Origin: Candidatus Binatia bacterium
Lineage (GTDB): Bacteria > Desulfobacterota > Binatia > Bin18
Assembly: GCA_963666315.2 (NCBI GenBank)
Contig: CAXXHG010000015.1
Coordinates: 1-64,000 of the forward strand
Direction of reading: 5' to 3'
DNA: 64,000 bases
Positions 52,420 through 62,443 of the stretch are shown in pieces. Position 1 is the first letter of the stretch. Every line of letters begins with the position of its first letter. The translations under genes were made by a program, and so were the position numbers. The notes beneath the pieces were generated by a model that was not told where the DNA came from, made no database searches, and saw only the letters and a program-made list of their open reading frames with translations.

Positions 52420-53307
52420 CTAGGATCTGATACTGACCTCGAGCTGGCGCGAGATCGGCTCAGTTGAAACAATGTGTCGCTGGAGTTCCATCTCTTTCTC
52501 GTCAAATCCGAAGGCCAAACCCAAGAGCTGGGGCAGATGAATAATGGGCATGCCAATCTGTGTATTTGCTTTCTTTTCGGCGTTCGGCTGGTTCGCGTCA
52601 AGATTGAGATGACACAGCGGACAGGGCGTGACCATACAATCGGCGCCCTTGTTCTTGGCGTCGCCAGTATGATCGCTTACCATCCGCATGGAATTGTCTT
52701 CGTTCACGGTCAGAATGGGAAACCCACAGCATTTGGACTTGCCGCTTGAATCTACGGGCTCAGCACCAATGAGTTCGATCAGATCCTCCAAATACGTTTT
52801 TCGGCCCAACAACCCTTTGGGGGCCATGATTGAGGTCGGACGGCGAATATAGCAGCCATAGAATGGGGCGACCTTGAGGCCGGTCAGTTTGCGCTTAATA
52901 TGGGGTTTCAGATTCTCCATTCCATAGTCTTCCATCAGCACCCACAAGAAATGCTTCACCTCCACCGTGCCTTTGTATTCGAGGCCCTCCTCCGCCAGAT
53001 ATTCTTTATTAATCTTCTCACGATACTCAGGCTCGTTTTTGAAGCGATGATTCGCCTGGGTAAAGATGCCCTGACAGGTACTGCAGATCGTCATGAGCGA
53101 GGAGAGGCCCATGGCCTCCACTTTAGCCAGCGTCCGCGCGTTAATGGGGTCAGACAGATCGCGGCTTAACACCCCCGCTCCAGTACAGCCCACATCGACA
53201 ACTTCCTGGATTTCGATTCCCAGTTTCTCCGTCACCTTGACAGAAGAGGAATACAGCTCGGGACACGCTCCACGCGACACACAGCCTGGATAAAATGCGT
53301 ACTTCAT
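52420..53307 (-). CDS. HdrB/SdhE-like CCG-domain subunit
   Basis: YPGC, TICSTC, FYGC, KCCGFP and TPCPLCHLNLD motifs. Confidence 0.88.
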   Translation of the reverse strand: MKYAFYPGCVSRGACPELYSSSVKVTEKLGIEIQEVVDVGCTGAGVLSRDLSDPINARTLAKVEAMGLSSLMTICSTCQGIFTQANHRFKNEPEYREKINKEYLAEEGLEYKGTVEVKHFLWVLMEDYGMENLKPHIKRKLTGLKVAPFYGCYIRRPTSIMAPKGLLGRKTYLEDLIELIGAEPVDSSGKSKCCGFPILTVNEDNSMRMVSDHTGDAKNKGADCMVTPCPLCHLNLDANQPNAEKKANTQIGMPIIHLPQLLGLAFGFDEKEMELQRHIVSTEPISRQLEVSIRS

Positions 53308-54278
53308 ACTTCTCTCCTCTGTGCTTTTTCTATGATTCGTCGAATGGCTTGGGTTCCCGGCCGCTTGGGGTGTAAATAGGGCAGCGGCGCTTTGCCCTTG
53401 GGGAGTGCTCTGAGGACGGTGGGTAAGAGCTTTGCGAGTCCGGCAATATTGGTCAGGCCTTCACTCTCAATCGCCAGTCGGCCTTCATCCAGCCAGCCGC
53501 TACGCTTGACCGAATTCACGAAGCTGTCGTAGTGCCGCTGGACTTTGGGATTTTTGGTTCCCGAGCGTATCCCGCGCCGAATCGCCTCGTCACGCACCTC
53601 AAACAGCCGGGTCGTGGGTTCGAGACCGAGCGGGCAATGCCCATTGGCCTCGAAGCAGTGCGTACAGTCCCACACGCCGCCCGGCTCGCTGACAAGCGTT
53701 AAACGCTCGTTGTGTTCGTGTTCCCCGTCACGTGGATCAAAGACCGCTCGGTACGCTTTTGTGAGGGCAGCCGGCCCAACAAATTTCTTGTCGATCTTAA
53801 TCACTACGCAGCCCTCGTCACATAGGCCGCACATGACGCAACTCATCGCTTTGCGGACTTCCAACAGCTTCTCCTCAGCGACTATGTACTCGCCGTCCGG
53901 CTCTGGTTCGCGTGGAGTAATCCAAGGCTTCACCGACTTAATTTTCTGCCACAGGAAGGTCTCCATGTCGTATACTAAATCTTTCAACACCGGGATGTTA
54001 CGGATCGGTTCGACCTTCACAACTCCGTCCTTGACTGTTTTGGCGATTTGTAACGTGCAGCCGAGTTTACCTTTTTTGTTTATACGCAGCGCGCAATCGC
54101 CGCACGATCCCCGGTCACACGACGCGCGAAATGCCAGGCTGGGGTCCAGCTCGTCACGAATATGCCGGAGCCCGTCCATCACCGTAGCAGAGTCCGGTAG
54201 ATCAACCGTATACGTCGCAAAGTCCGGCTTCCGTCCATTTTCAGGGTCGAAACGGTACACTTTAAATGTTGTTTCCAT
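53304..54278 (-). CDS. sdhB: Succinate dehydrogenase/fumarate reductase-like iron-sulfur subunit
   Basis: SCDRGSCGDC...LGC, CVMCGLCDEGC, GPAAL and CTHCFEANGHCP motifs. Confidence 0.88.
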   Translation of the reverse strand: METTFKVYRFDPENGRKPDFATYTVDLPDSATVMDGLRHIRDELDPSLAFRASCDRGSCGDCALRINKKGKLGCTLQIAKTVKDGVVKVEPIRNIPVLKDLVYDMETFLWQKIKSVKPWITPREPEPDGEYIVAEEKLLEVRKAMSCVMCGLCDEGCVVIKIDKKFVGPAALTKAYRAVFDPRDGEHEHNERLTLVSEPGGVWDCTHCFEANGHCPLGLEPTTRLFEVRDEAIRRGIRSGTKNPKVQRHYDSFVNSVKRSGWLDEGRLAIESEGLTNIAGLAKLLPTVLRALPKGKAPLPYLHPKRPGTQAIRRIIEKAQRREV

Positions 54279-54345
54279 CGGTCACCCTTCCATTCTGTGA
54301 TATTCCATTCTGGAACATCTCGCGGTCACGCCGACTGGCCGGTGT

Positions 54346-55968
54346 TTACCACGCACTGGTGTTTACCGGACAGGTCGCCAGGTCCGGTCCATCCGGCCCT
54401 GAGGTTACGAGTGAGTGCTGTTGCCACTCGGTATCGCTTCTTGTTGGAAAATCACTCCGCTGGTGGACGCCGCGGCTTTCCCTGCGCGCTTGGGCCGCCA
54501 CAACAACGGCTTGGGCAACATCGAGCAGCGAGCCCAACTCGTACCAAGTGAGCAATTCATGATTATACATCTTGCCATGATGTCGGAGTCCTACCTGCGT
54601 GTAACGGGTTTTGAGATCGGCTACACACTCGGCTGCGTCTTGTAATCCCGTCTCATCCCGCACGAGTCCGACCTTGTCTGCCATTTTGGCGGCCAGCTCA
54701 CGATAGATCTTGACGACGGTATCCTCACCGGACGGACGGGAAAAAACCACCGCCAGCTCCCGTTCGGTGTAATCCAGAACCGTATCAGCAATGCCACCGG
54801 CCGGAGCCGCTTGCACATAGGCAGCCGCTGCTGTTCCAGCCCGCCGTCCAAAGACAACCCCAGCGGTCAGCGCATTACCGGCCAGGGCATTCGCGCCATG
54901 CACCCCAGGCGAGGCACACTCACCCGCAGCAAAGACACCCGGGACTGCCGTTGCTCCACGCAGGTCGGTCTGGACTCCGCCTAATACACGATGCATACGC
55001 GGCTGGACAGGTAACGGCTCCTTGTCCAGGCTGATACCGGCGAGTTCGTTGGCCACCCTGGCTAAATAAAAAAATCGAGCACTGATCCGTTCTTTGCCGA
55101 GTGCACGAAAATCCAGGACCGTCCTAGCGCCGGAAGCGGCAAGCGAGCGGCATAACTCGTCTCGGGGCGGCAGGCCATTCATTGACACGACGGGCTGACC
55201 TGCCTCATCACATAAGACCGCCCCGTCTCCCAACGCCCCCTCAGAGGCAAAGGTCGCCCGGTCACGAAAGCCAAAAGGATGATATTGGACCATCTCCATA
55301 TCCATGAGGCTCAGCCCAGCCCTATAGGCCAGGCTCATCCCGTCGCCGCAGCACGACTGAGAAGCCGTACTGGAGTCATACAGGCGACCGGCACCGCCGG
55401 TCGCAAGCACAATCGCACGGGCGCTAAACCCCTCTAATTTTCCCGTTCCGAGTTCCAGTGCCAGCACGCCGCGGCAGACCCCGTCCTCTACAACCAGCGA
55501 GGTCGCGAGCCACTCCTCATGAGCCGGCACATCTTCTCGTATGAATTGCTCATACAGCGTATTGAGGACCGTATGTCCGGTAAGATCGGACGCAAATGCC
55601 GCTCGGGGGACCCCATTTCCCCCAAAGATGCGCCGATCGAGTTTGCCCTCCGCATCCCGGTTAAACGGTACCCCGATATGATCTAAATGAATCACGTCCT
55701 GTGGCGCTTCACGACACATCCACTCGACGGCGGCAGGATCGCACAGTCCTCCCCCGGCCTGCAGTGTATCCTGGGCGTGCTGTTGCCACGAGTCGTCCGG
55801 ACCGAACGCGGCATTCATCCCACCCGGCGACGTGGCGGAGTGGCTGCGCAGGGGGTGGGTCTTACTCAAGAGAGCGACCTGTGCTCCTGCCCTCTTGGCG
55901 GCAAGAGCCGCACCAAGCCCGGCTACTCCACCACCAACAATGAGGACATCGTATTCTGGCATAGGCAT
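54346..55968 (-). CDS. SdhA/FrdA-family flavoprotein with a divergent active site
   Basis: GGGVAG, RSHS, LATGG, QYHP, PRD, AGEC and RRESRG motifs; GANALAGN replaces GANRLGGN. Confidence 0.88.
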   Translation of the reverse strand: MPMPEYDVLIVGGGVAGLGAALAAKRAGAQVALLSKTHPLRSHSATSPGGMNAAFGPDDSWQQHAQDTLQAGGGLCDPAAVEWMCREAPQDVIHLDHIGVPFNRDAEGKLDRRIFGGNGVPRAAFASDLTGHTVLNTLYEQFIREDVPAHEEWLATSLVVEDGVCRGVLALELGTGKLEGFSARAIVLATGGAGRLYDSSTASQSCCGDGMSLAYRAGLSLMDMEMVQYHPFGFRDRATFASEGALGDGAVLCDEAGQPVVSMNGLPPRDELCRSLAASGARTVLDFRALGKERISARFFYLARVANELAGISLDKEPLPVQPRMHRVLGGVQTDLRGATAVPGVFAAGECASPGVHGANALAGNALTAGVVFGRRAGTAAAAYVQAAPAGGIADTVLDYTERELAVVFSRPSGEDTVVKIYRELAAKMADKVGLVRDETGLQDAAECVADLKTRYTQVGLRHHGKMYNHELLTWYELGSLLDVAQAVVVAAQARRESRGVHQRSDFPTRSDTEWQQHSLVTSGPDGPDLATCPVNTSAW

Positions 55969-56095
55969 TCCCTCACGCGGGACACTATACTGAAAGAGAG
56001 CCAGCGGAGCAAACCTGACTAAACGCTCGTGTCAGGCTTACTACATCATAGTGTGTCCCGTATGTGAACTTTCTACTCGTTTAGATTCAGCCACG

Positions 56096-56124
56096 AAAAA
56101 GGGCACCCGTATGAGGTGCCCTTT
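56096..56124 (-). terminator. Rho-independent terminator
   Basis: AAAGGGCACC/GGTGCCCTTT stem with a U-run on the minus strand, just after the stop at 56134. Confidence 0.8.
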
Positions 56125-56133
56125 CAGTGCGCG

Positions 56134-57855
56134 TTAGTCGCGTCCGTGGCGCAGCAAATGGCCTGGAGTCGCCCCCGTACAACTACCGTCCTCAAAGGTG
56201 ACTTCACCGTTGACCATGATCCAGCGATAGCCTTCAGCGTATTGCACCCGACGCCATTCACCAGCCGGGAAGTCATGAACGATCTTGGGTTTCTCTGGCG
56301 TGATTTTCAGATTTTCGAGGTCATACACAACGATATCAGCCGGTGCGCCTTCTTTGAGCAGGCCCCGATTCTGGAAGCCAGCACATCGGGCGGGTAAGGC
56401 ACTGAGACGATAGTGTGCTTCTTCTAAGCTCATGAAACCCGCATCGCGGACCATCCAGGTAATCAGGTCGGTGGGATAGGCGCCTATGGTGATGAACTTA
56501 GTGTGCGCGCCACCATCAGATACACCGGGCAGGCTGTACTCCGATGACATCAGCTCAGCGGCATGGTCCTCTCGAACGTTGCGAGCCGGCGTCTGGAACT
56601 CCGTCTTCAGATCATCTGCAATGGCGATATCCAACATCATCTCCATAGGATGCCGGTTCTCCATCTGAGCGCATTCTTCAACCGTCTTGCCCGTGTATTT
56701 TTCGAGTGCGGCATTTGCTACCGACTCAATCCTAAAGTCTTTGATCGAACCCGTCACAATCGGCGTGTGGCCGGAGTCGAATTCGGCGCATAGCGCCTGG
56801 CGCAGAGCAGGATTCTTAAACTTCTCCAGCCGCTCGGCCGGTGTGCCCATGGTGACCTCGCGCCAGACATCACTGCCGTCGAACAGATTCCATTCTTCGA
56901 AAGTGAAGAAGAAGCCTTGCCGCATGGTCGCCGTCTGGTTGTAAATTTTACGGCCCTTCTTATTGGTCTCTTCGATCCAACGCACGATGCGACGGTGCAG
57001 GCTCGGACGGTCGTCCCGAACGGCCGTGGCGTTGAAGAGTATGGGGCGCCCAGAGACTTCGGCCAATTTGTCGTAGAAGGCCATATCGGCCTTGAAATCT
57101 TCACTTGCTTGGGTCAATTGGATGAAGCCTTCTCCGCGTTTAGCCAAGACCTCGCCAAACGCCAACATATCTTCATCCGCCATCGTATCCGTCACCATGG
57201 GTGTGCCATCATAATCCCGTTGTACGGAAACAATGCCATTCCCAAGACGTTGGGCGGAGTAGCCACAGCCACCGGCATCCAGAGACTCTTCCAGGATACG
57301 ACACATTTCCGCCCGCTCGGCAGGCGTGGCCGGACGGCTCTTCGCATTTTCAAGGCCCATGACCCAAATCATGATCGGCGCAACGGGCACAAAGCTCAGC
57401 ATATTGAGCCCTTTGGGATGCTTCTCAAGAAAGTCTAACCATTCGGGAAAGGTCTCCCACTCCCACTTAATGCCGGCCTTCATCGACTCATACGGAATCG
57501 CCTCAACCCGCGACATGGTCAGCATGGCACGATCGCGGCTTTCAGGCGTAACCGGAGCAAAGCCAAATCCGCAGTTACCAATCACAACCGAGGTCACCCC
57601 ATGCCAGCCGGACAAGGTGCAATACGGATCCCAATTTAACTGGGCGTCGTAGTGGGTGTGAAGATCAATAAACCCTGGGGCAACGACGAGCCCGTTTGCA
57701 TCCAGCGTTTTCGTCGCATCGCTAGGCTTGAGTTGCCCATCACGGTCGATTTGCGCGATTTTTCCATCCTTGAGACCTACGTCCCCCACGAAGCGCGGGG
57801 TGCGTGTACCGTCAACAACTGTTCCACCCTTAATCAGGGTATCGAATTGAAGCAT
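56134..57855 (-). CDS. N-acyl-D-amino-acid deacylase family amidohydrolase
   Basis: PGFIDLHTHYD, GNCG, SDGGAH and ADIVVYD motifs. Confidence 0.92.
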   Translation of the reverse strand: MLQFDTLIKGGTVVDGTRTPRFVGDVGLKDGKIAQIDRDGQLKPSDATKTLDANGLVVAPGFIDLHTHYDAQLNWDPYCTLSGWHGVTSVVIGNCGFGFAPVTPESRDRAMLTMSRVEAIPYESMKAGIKWEWETFPEWLDFLEKHPKGLNMLSFVPVAPIMIWVMGLENAKSRPATPAERAEMCRILEESLDAGGCGYSAQRLGNGIVSVQRDYDGTPMVTDTMADEDMLAFGEVLAKRGEGFIQLTQASEDFKADMAFYDKLAEVSGRPILFNATAVRDDRPSLHRRIVRWIEETNKKGRKIYNQTATMRQGFFFTFEEWNLFDGSDVWREVTMGTPAERLEKFKNPALRQALCAEFDSGHTPIVTGSIKDFRIESVANAALEKYTGKTVEECAQMENRHPMEMMLDIAIADDLKTEFQTPARNVREDHAAELMSSEYSLPGVSDGGAHTKFITIGAYPTDLITWMVRDAGFMSLEEAHYRLSALPARCAGFQNRGLLKEGAPADIVVYDLENLKITPEKPKIVHDFPAGEWRRVQYAEGYRWIMVNGEVTFEDGSCTGATPGHLLRHGRD

Positions 57856-57955
57856 GCCTTACCCTCCTTAAAGAATTGCAAAGATTGAACATTCGTTCAT
57901 TTAAGGACGAAGATTAACAACTAAAGTGAAAAGTGCCATACCGACCAAGGCGGTG

Positions 57956-58576
57956 TCAAGCCAAAACCCTGTGCGAATTTCTGCCCGAGCACTGGCTCAA
58001 CTGTGTCTCCGTTATAATATAGTCTAATAGCGCATCTTGCGTGTCGCTCGGCACCTGAGGAACAAGCTGAAAATCATAGGCTAGCCCGATACGAATCGCC
58101 CCGGCTAAAATCCCACCAAACGCGCGATCATAATATCCTCGTCCTCGGCCCAGACGATGGCCGAAGCGATCAAATCCAACACCTGGGGTCAGGACGATAT
58201 CCCGCTCGCCTACTCGCTCTAGTAAAGCGTTACCTGGCGGAATACCAATATCAAAAGTCCCTGGTGTGAGTTGGTCCTCAGCGTAGCGCCGCACAAACTC
58301 TAAGTCACGCTTATCCTGGGGGATTCGGGGGTAATAGACTACTTTTCCTTGATCTCTAGCTACCTGCCAAATACCGTCGGTTTCAATTTCGTTTTCATGC
58401 GGACTATATAAGACGACCGTCCGGGCTGACTGGAAAAAGTCGTGCGCACAGACCCCGCGACACACACGCTGACTCTTTTCGGCAACTTCGCTCGGCGCCA
58501 CATCGCACCGGCGCTGTAGAAGTAGCCTACGCAGGCGCTTTTTTTCCGTTTGCAATGTGGTTAATGCAGCAGGCAT
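57956..58576 (-). CDS. ygfA: 5-formyltetrahydrofolate cyclo-ligase
   Basis: PGVGFDRFGHRLGRGRGYYDR motif. Confidence 0.92.
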   Translation of the reverse strand: MPAALTTLQTEKKRLRRLLLQRRCDVAPSEVAEKSQRVCRGVCAHDFFQSARTVVLYSPHENEIETDGIWQVARDQGKVVYYPRIPQDKRDLEFVRRYAEDQLTPGTFDIGIPPGNALLERVGERDIVLTPGVGFDRFGHRLGRGRGYYDRAFGGILAGAIRIGLAYDFQLVPQVPSDTQDALLDYIITETQLSQCSGRNSHRVLA

Positions 58577-58607
58577 TCCTGAGGAAAGTGGACTTTTGGA
58601 CGCCCTC

Positions 58608-59048
58608 TTAACCTCGTTCCGGGAGGGTAAACGTGGCTACACCCGTTATGATCTTTTCGCCCTTTTGATTTTCCTGCCAGATCTGACAATCGACCCGAGG
58701 CTCGCCGTTGTCATTATAGGTCCGTGTGACGACTCCGCCGCAGGTGAGCATATCGTCCGGAAAAACATTGGCGGCAAACCGCAGCTTAGTCTTCCGGATG
58801 TCCCAGGGACGATGCAGCCAATCTGTCAGAAAACGGTATAAAAAAGATTCGTTCAGGGGCCCTTGCTGTACTACGTCAGGCAGCCCGCGTTCGCGGGCGT
58901 AGACCCGATCAAGATGCAACGGATTTGTGTCGCGCAAGATAATAGCCACCGGAATATAGGCCAGACGATCCATAGGCCCGTACTGCGCCTGGGGTAGCGG
59001 CATACCCTCGTCCACGTCTTCAAAATACATTTTTGGGCGGGTGTCCAT
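58608..59048 (-). CDS. MaoC-family dehydratase (catalytic HadB-like subunit)
   Basis: DTNPLHLD...GLPDVVQQG motif. Confidence 0.85.
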   Translation of the reverse strand: MDTRPKMYFEDVDEGMPLPQAQYGPMDRLAYIPVAIILRDTNPLHLDRVYARERGLPDVVQQGPLNESFLYRFLTDWLHRPWDIRKTKLRFAANVFPDDMLTCGGVVTRTYNDNGEPRVDCQIWQENQKGEKIITGVATFTLPERG

Positions 59049-59059
59049 ACAGTCTGACC

Positions 59060-59563
59060 TTATTTAAAGAGGATATAGGATTGAGTTCCACGAAAGGCGA
59101 CAGTCTCAGCCTCATCCGTTGCAGTAACAGACACTTGGATCACGTCAAATGTCCGTTTTCCTTGCTTTTCATACACGTCTACGATCTCAGCACGGATGGT
59201 AAGCGTTTCCCCCACATACAACGGCCGCAGATATTCCAATTCCTGTTCACCGAACATCGCGGTCCCAGTCCGGTAGTTGAAAAAGAAATCCTTTTCCCAG
59301 TCAAACGACCGGAGTAGCACATTAACCGCTACAAACGGAGCAAACGACGGCGGAATGACACGCCGTTCATAGCCGGCGGCCCGGGAATCTTCGTGGCTTA
59401 GGAACGCGGGGTGTTCTTCACCGACAACGGGTAGATAATCTCGAATGTCGTCCTCCCGTATCGTGTAGACAACGGGCGAGAGGGCGCGACCGATCAAGGT
59501 GGTGCGGTCAGGGTGGGTTGGTACTTCTTTTAGTTCTTCTTTTGGTGTTTCCTGGTGATTCAT
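59060..59563 (-). CDS. MaoC dehydratase N-terminal family protein (HadA-like partner)
   Basis: IPPSF and GEQELEYLRPLYVGETL motifs. Confidence 0.8.
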   Translation of the reverse strand: MNHQETPKEELKEVPTHPDRTTLIGRALSPVVYTIREDDIRDYLPVVGEEHPAFLSHEDSRAAGYERRVIPPSFAPFVAVNVLLRSFDWEKDFFFNYRTGTAMFGEQELEYLRPLYVGETLTIRAEIVDVYEKQGKRTFDVIQVSVTATDEAETVAFRGTQSYILFK

Positions 59564-59606
59564 AACTCATTCAATATAGAGGCCTTGGTATAACGACCCA
59601 GTAGAA

Positions 59607-60005
59607 TTATTTCCCGAATACCGAGGTCACCAGCTCAGTATCCAGATATTAGGTGACTTCCTGCACTTTGCCATTCGCCAGCCGGAAGACTTGGGCGTAG
59701 GTATTATTATAGGCTCGTCCGGATTTTGTGGCCGATTCGCCCCGGCCTTGCATGACCACGAAATCTCCCTCACCGATCAGGTTATCGACATGCATGACGA
59801 GTCCCCCCTCAAGCTGTGCTCCGAGCAGGACGAGGACTTTCTCAATAAACTCCTGTTTCCCGTTAAACACGCCGGAAAACTTGGTCGAGCCAATCAACGT
59901 AAAGCGTACGTCATCCGCCAGCGTACCCAAAAACGCTTCGGCATTTCCCTTAGACAGCTCGGCAAACATAGTACGGATAATTTCTTTGTTTTCTGCGGCA
60001 CCCAT
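59607..60005 (-). pseudogene. NTF2/SnoaL-like protein with a premature TAA
   Basis: Reads YNNTYAQVFRLANGKVQEVT*YLDTELVTSVFGK; the stop at 59649-59651 replaces the Glu of EYxDT. Confidence 0.8.
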
Positions 60006-60099
60006 TTCGTTCCTCCATCATAGCGTTTGGGATTAGTGCGGACTGTAGTTCGAATAGCGCAGCAAAGTCAAGACGAATGTGAGCCCCGGAGAGGCCATT

Positions 60100-61380
60100 T
60101 TACCGGCCAGGAAACCGCTCACGCAGCCAGTCAACAATCACCTTCATCGTCTCGTCCCGGCCACCACGATTGGGATTTGCCTGCAGAGGAAAGCCAAAAT
60201 GATCGGCGTCAACATTCGCGATTTGTTTATCTTCGGCAGGCGATTGCTGGTAGACGGCTTCGGACTCCTGGGGATAAATCGCATGGTCTCCGGTGTGGTT
60301 CAGCACCAGAGTCGGGACAGTAATGTTGGCTAGATTCTCGAGTACGGCAGCCTTTGAGGATGGCCCCGACCACGTACTCAGCCACGCTCGCGGTGTCTGA
60401 TATTTGGCAAAACCAGCTTCAAGATAATTAAACAGGTCCGGGCGCGGGGACCACAGCGAGCCATAATCCCGAGACGAGGGATGAATCGAAGGGTCGGTAT
60501 AGGTCAAATTTGCCTCTGTGCGGTGGATCTCCATATAGCGGCCGACAAGAGCACGACGACTAATGAAGGCCTTTCGTTCAGGAGAGAGGGTGTCAAATTC
60601 CTGCTGGCGAACCAATTCCTGAAAATAGTGCTGCTCGTCAACATAGCGCTGGGCAATCGCATCAATGCGCACCACACGGGCGAGTTGGGCGGCCCGGTAG
60701 CGCGCAACAAACTCCTCATTATAGTTGCTGGGTTCCGGCGGTTCCCGAAAACCATTCGCCGGGTTATACATATCCAGGCTAGGATCACACGAGAGTGGAT
60801 CATCCTCAACGGTGACAGACGGGTCCAGGGCGCCCTCCAAGAACTTGCCCTCTCCGAGATGGGCTGCCAGAAAAACCATACCGTCCCCGGGCGGCAGCTG
60901 GAAACGATTCAAATCGTATGGGTCTCCAGCCGGCGTTACTGTCAGGCGTTCGGGCGGCGCGGTGACGGCTTGGGCCTGATAAAAGGAATAGAGTGAACCG
61001 CCGCCACTGTTGCCGATAAACACTACCTGCTGAAAGCCGCGTTCTTCTTTGAGATAGCGCATGCTAGCGGCAATATCGGTCAATAACATTTCGTGAATAC
61101 AGGCAATATCGTTGCTCGGCCAGCGACTTTCCTGACCAAAGGCGGCATAGCCGCCCTCCACTAGATACGGAATGGCATAATGACGACTCATATCCGCCCG
61201 CGGATGCATAAGGCAGACGACCGTCTTCTCTCCACCGCGCGTATACAGCACCCCTTTTGACTCGCCGCGGTCTTCGGCTGTGAACGGAATAACCTCACAG
61301 TTGGTATTTGCTGGTGCGGTTTCAAACGAGATCAAACTCAACCCGAGTGCCGAGTAGCGAGGAATTCGTGCCATGGCCAT
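60100..61380 (-). CDS. Alpha/beta hydrolase
   Basis: AAGGAGG RBS; GNSGGG nucleophile elbow, TGD and ADH. Confidence 0.85.
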   Translation of the reverse strand: MAMARIPRYSALGLSLISFETAPANTNCEVIPFTAEDRGESKGVLYTRGGEKTVVCLMHPRADMSRHYAIPYLVEGGYAAFGQESRWPSNDIACIHEMLLTDIAASMRYLKEERGFQQVVFIGNSGGGSLYSFYQAQAVTAPPERLTVTPAGDPYDLNRFQLPPGDGMVFLAAHLGEGKFLEGALDPSVTVEDDPLSCDPSLDMYNPANGFREPPEPSNYNEEFVARYRAAQLARVVRIDAIAQRYVDEQHYFQELVRQQEFDTLSPERKAFISRRALVGRYMEIHRTEANLTYTDPSIHPSSRDYGSLWSPRPDLFNYLEAGFAKYQTPRAWLSTWSGPSSKAAVLENLANITVPTLVLNHTGDHAIYPQESEAVYQQSPAEDKQIANVDADHFGFPLQANPNRGGRDETMKVIVDWLRERFPGR

Positions 61381-61541
61381 ACTACCGCCTCCTTAATCTG
61401 GCGCTGACAGAGACAACGCGAAAGAGATTGTCAAAATGTAAACATGCGGTCTGTGCTATCTTCGCTCTTGCACCATATTGCACCTGGTACATTTTCGCAG
61501 CAGTATAGGGGACGCAATGGGTTGAAGGAAGCGAGGGTATT

Positions 61542-62375
61542 ATGACTTCAGCGGCACGCGAACGTTTCACGACTCTGGTGCTTGGGCCCGAGGGAGAGCT
61601 GAATCTTGCTGAAGCAGCACTCCTGATTGCTAAGGAAGAGCAGCCGGAACTCGACGTTACTCATTATCTGAACCGGCTGGACACACTGGCCGGCGAGGTC
61701 CGGGCGAAACTTTCGGCAGCCCCGGCCTCGGCAGACATCATCAAAAATCTCAATACGAGATTGTTTCGTGAAGAGGGCCTCAGAGGCGATGCAAACGAAT
61801 ATTATGATCCGCGCAACAGCTTCCTGAATGAAGTATTAGACCGCAAGATCGGTATCCCCATCACCCTGTCGGTCATCTATATAGAAGTGGGCCGGCGTCT
61901 GGGTCTCTCCCTCGTCGGGGTCGGTTTTCCAGGGCATTTTCTGGTCAAACACTTGGATGTGGATGGGGAACAAATCCTGGACCCATTCGTGGGTGGCGCC
62001 ACCCTTAGCGAAGAACAGCTCGCAGCACAGCTCAAAAGCATGTATGGCAACAATACCCCGTTTCTGGCCCAAATTCCTCAGCTGCTCACTCCAGCCACAA
62101 AAAAGGAAATTCTCATTCGGATGTTGCGCAACCTGAAAGGCGTGTATCTCCAAAAGGCAGACTTTACACGTGCCTTAAGCGTCATTGATCGGATCCTCTT
62201 GATTGCTCCGGACCTGGCTGTAGAGGTGCGCGACCGAGGAGCCATCCACCAACGGCTAGGACACCTGCATGGGGCGATCCACGACTTCAAAAAATACCTT
62301 GAGCTAGAGCCAAAATCCGAGGATGCAGCTGGGATTCGAGCCCTGATTCAGCGCTCGATCGCACAACTCAACTAG
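61542..62375 (+). CDS. SirB1 family transglutaminase-like/TPR protein
   Basis: YYDPRNSFLNEVL, GIPITL, FPGHF, RMLRNLK and RDRG motifs. Confidence 0.9.
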   Translation: MTSAARERFTTLVLGPEGELNLAEAALLIAKEEQPELDVTHYLNRLDTLAGEVRAKLSAAPASADIIKNLNTRLFREEGLRGDANEYYDPRNSFLNEVLDRKIGIPITLSVIYIEVGRRLGLSLVGVGFPGHFLVKHLDVDGEQILDPFVGGATLSEEQLAAQLKSMYGNNTPFLAQIPQLLTPATKKEILIRMLRNLKGVYLQKADFTRALSVIDRILLIAPDLAVEVRDRGAIHQRLGHLHGAIHDFKKYLELEPKSEDAAGIRALIQRSIAQLN

Positions 62376-62443
62376 TACGTGGTTCACACTGGGTACGCGC
62401 TTCGCACTCGGTGCGCCGCTCGCGTCATTAGAATGAGCTGACG

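Noticed and set aside
58581-58589. GAGGAAAGT as an RNase P RNA signature
   Set aside because: Not followed by CC, no matching 3' conserved region, and flanked by coding sequence on the other strand.
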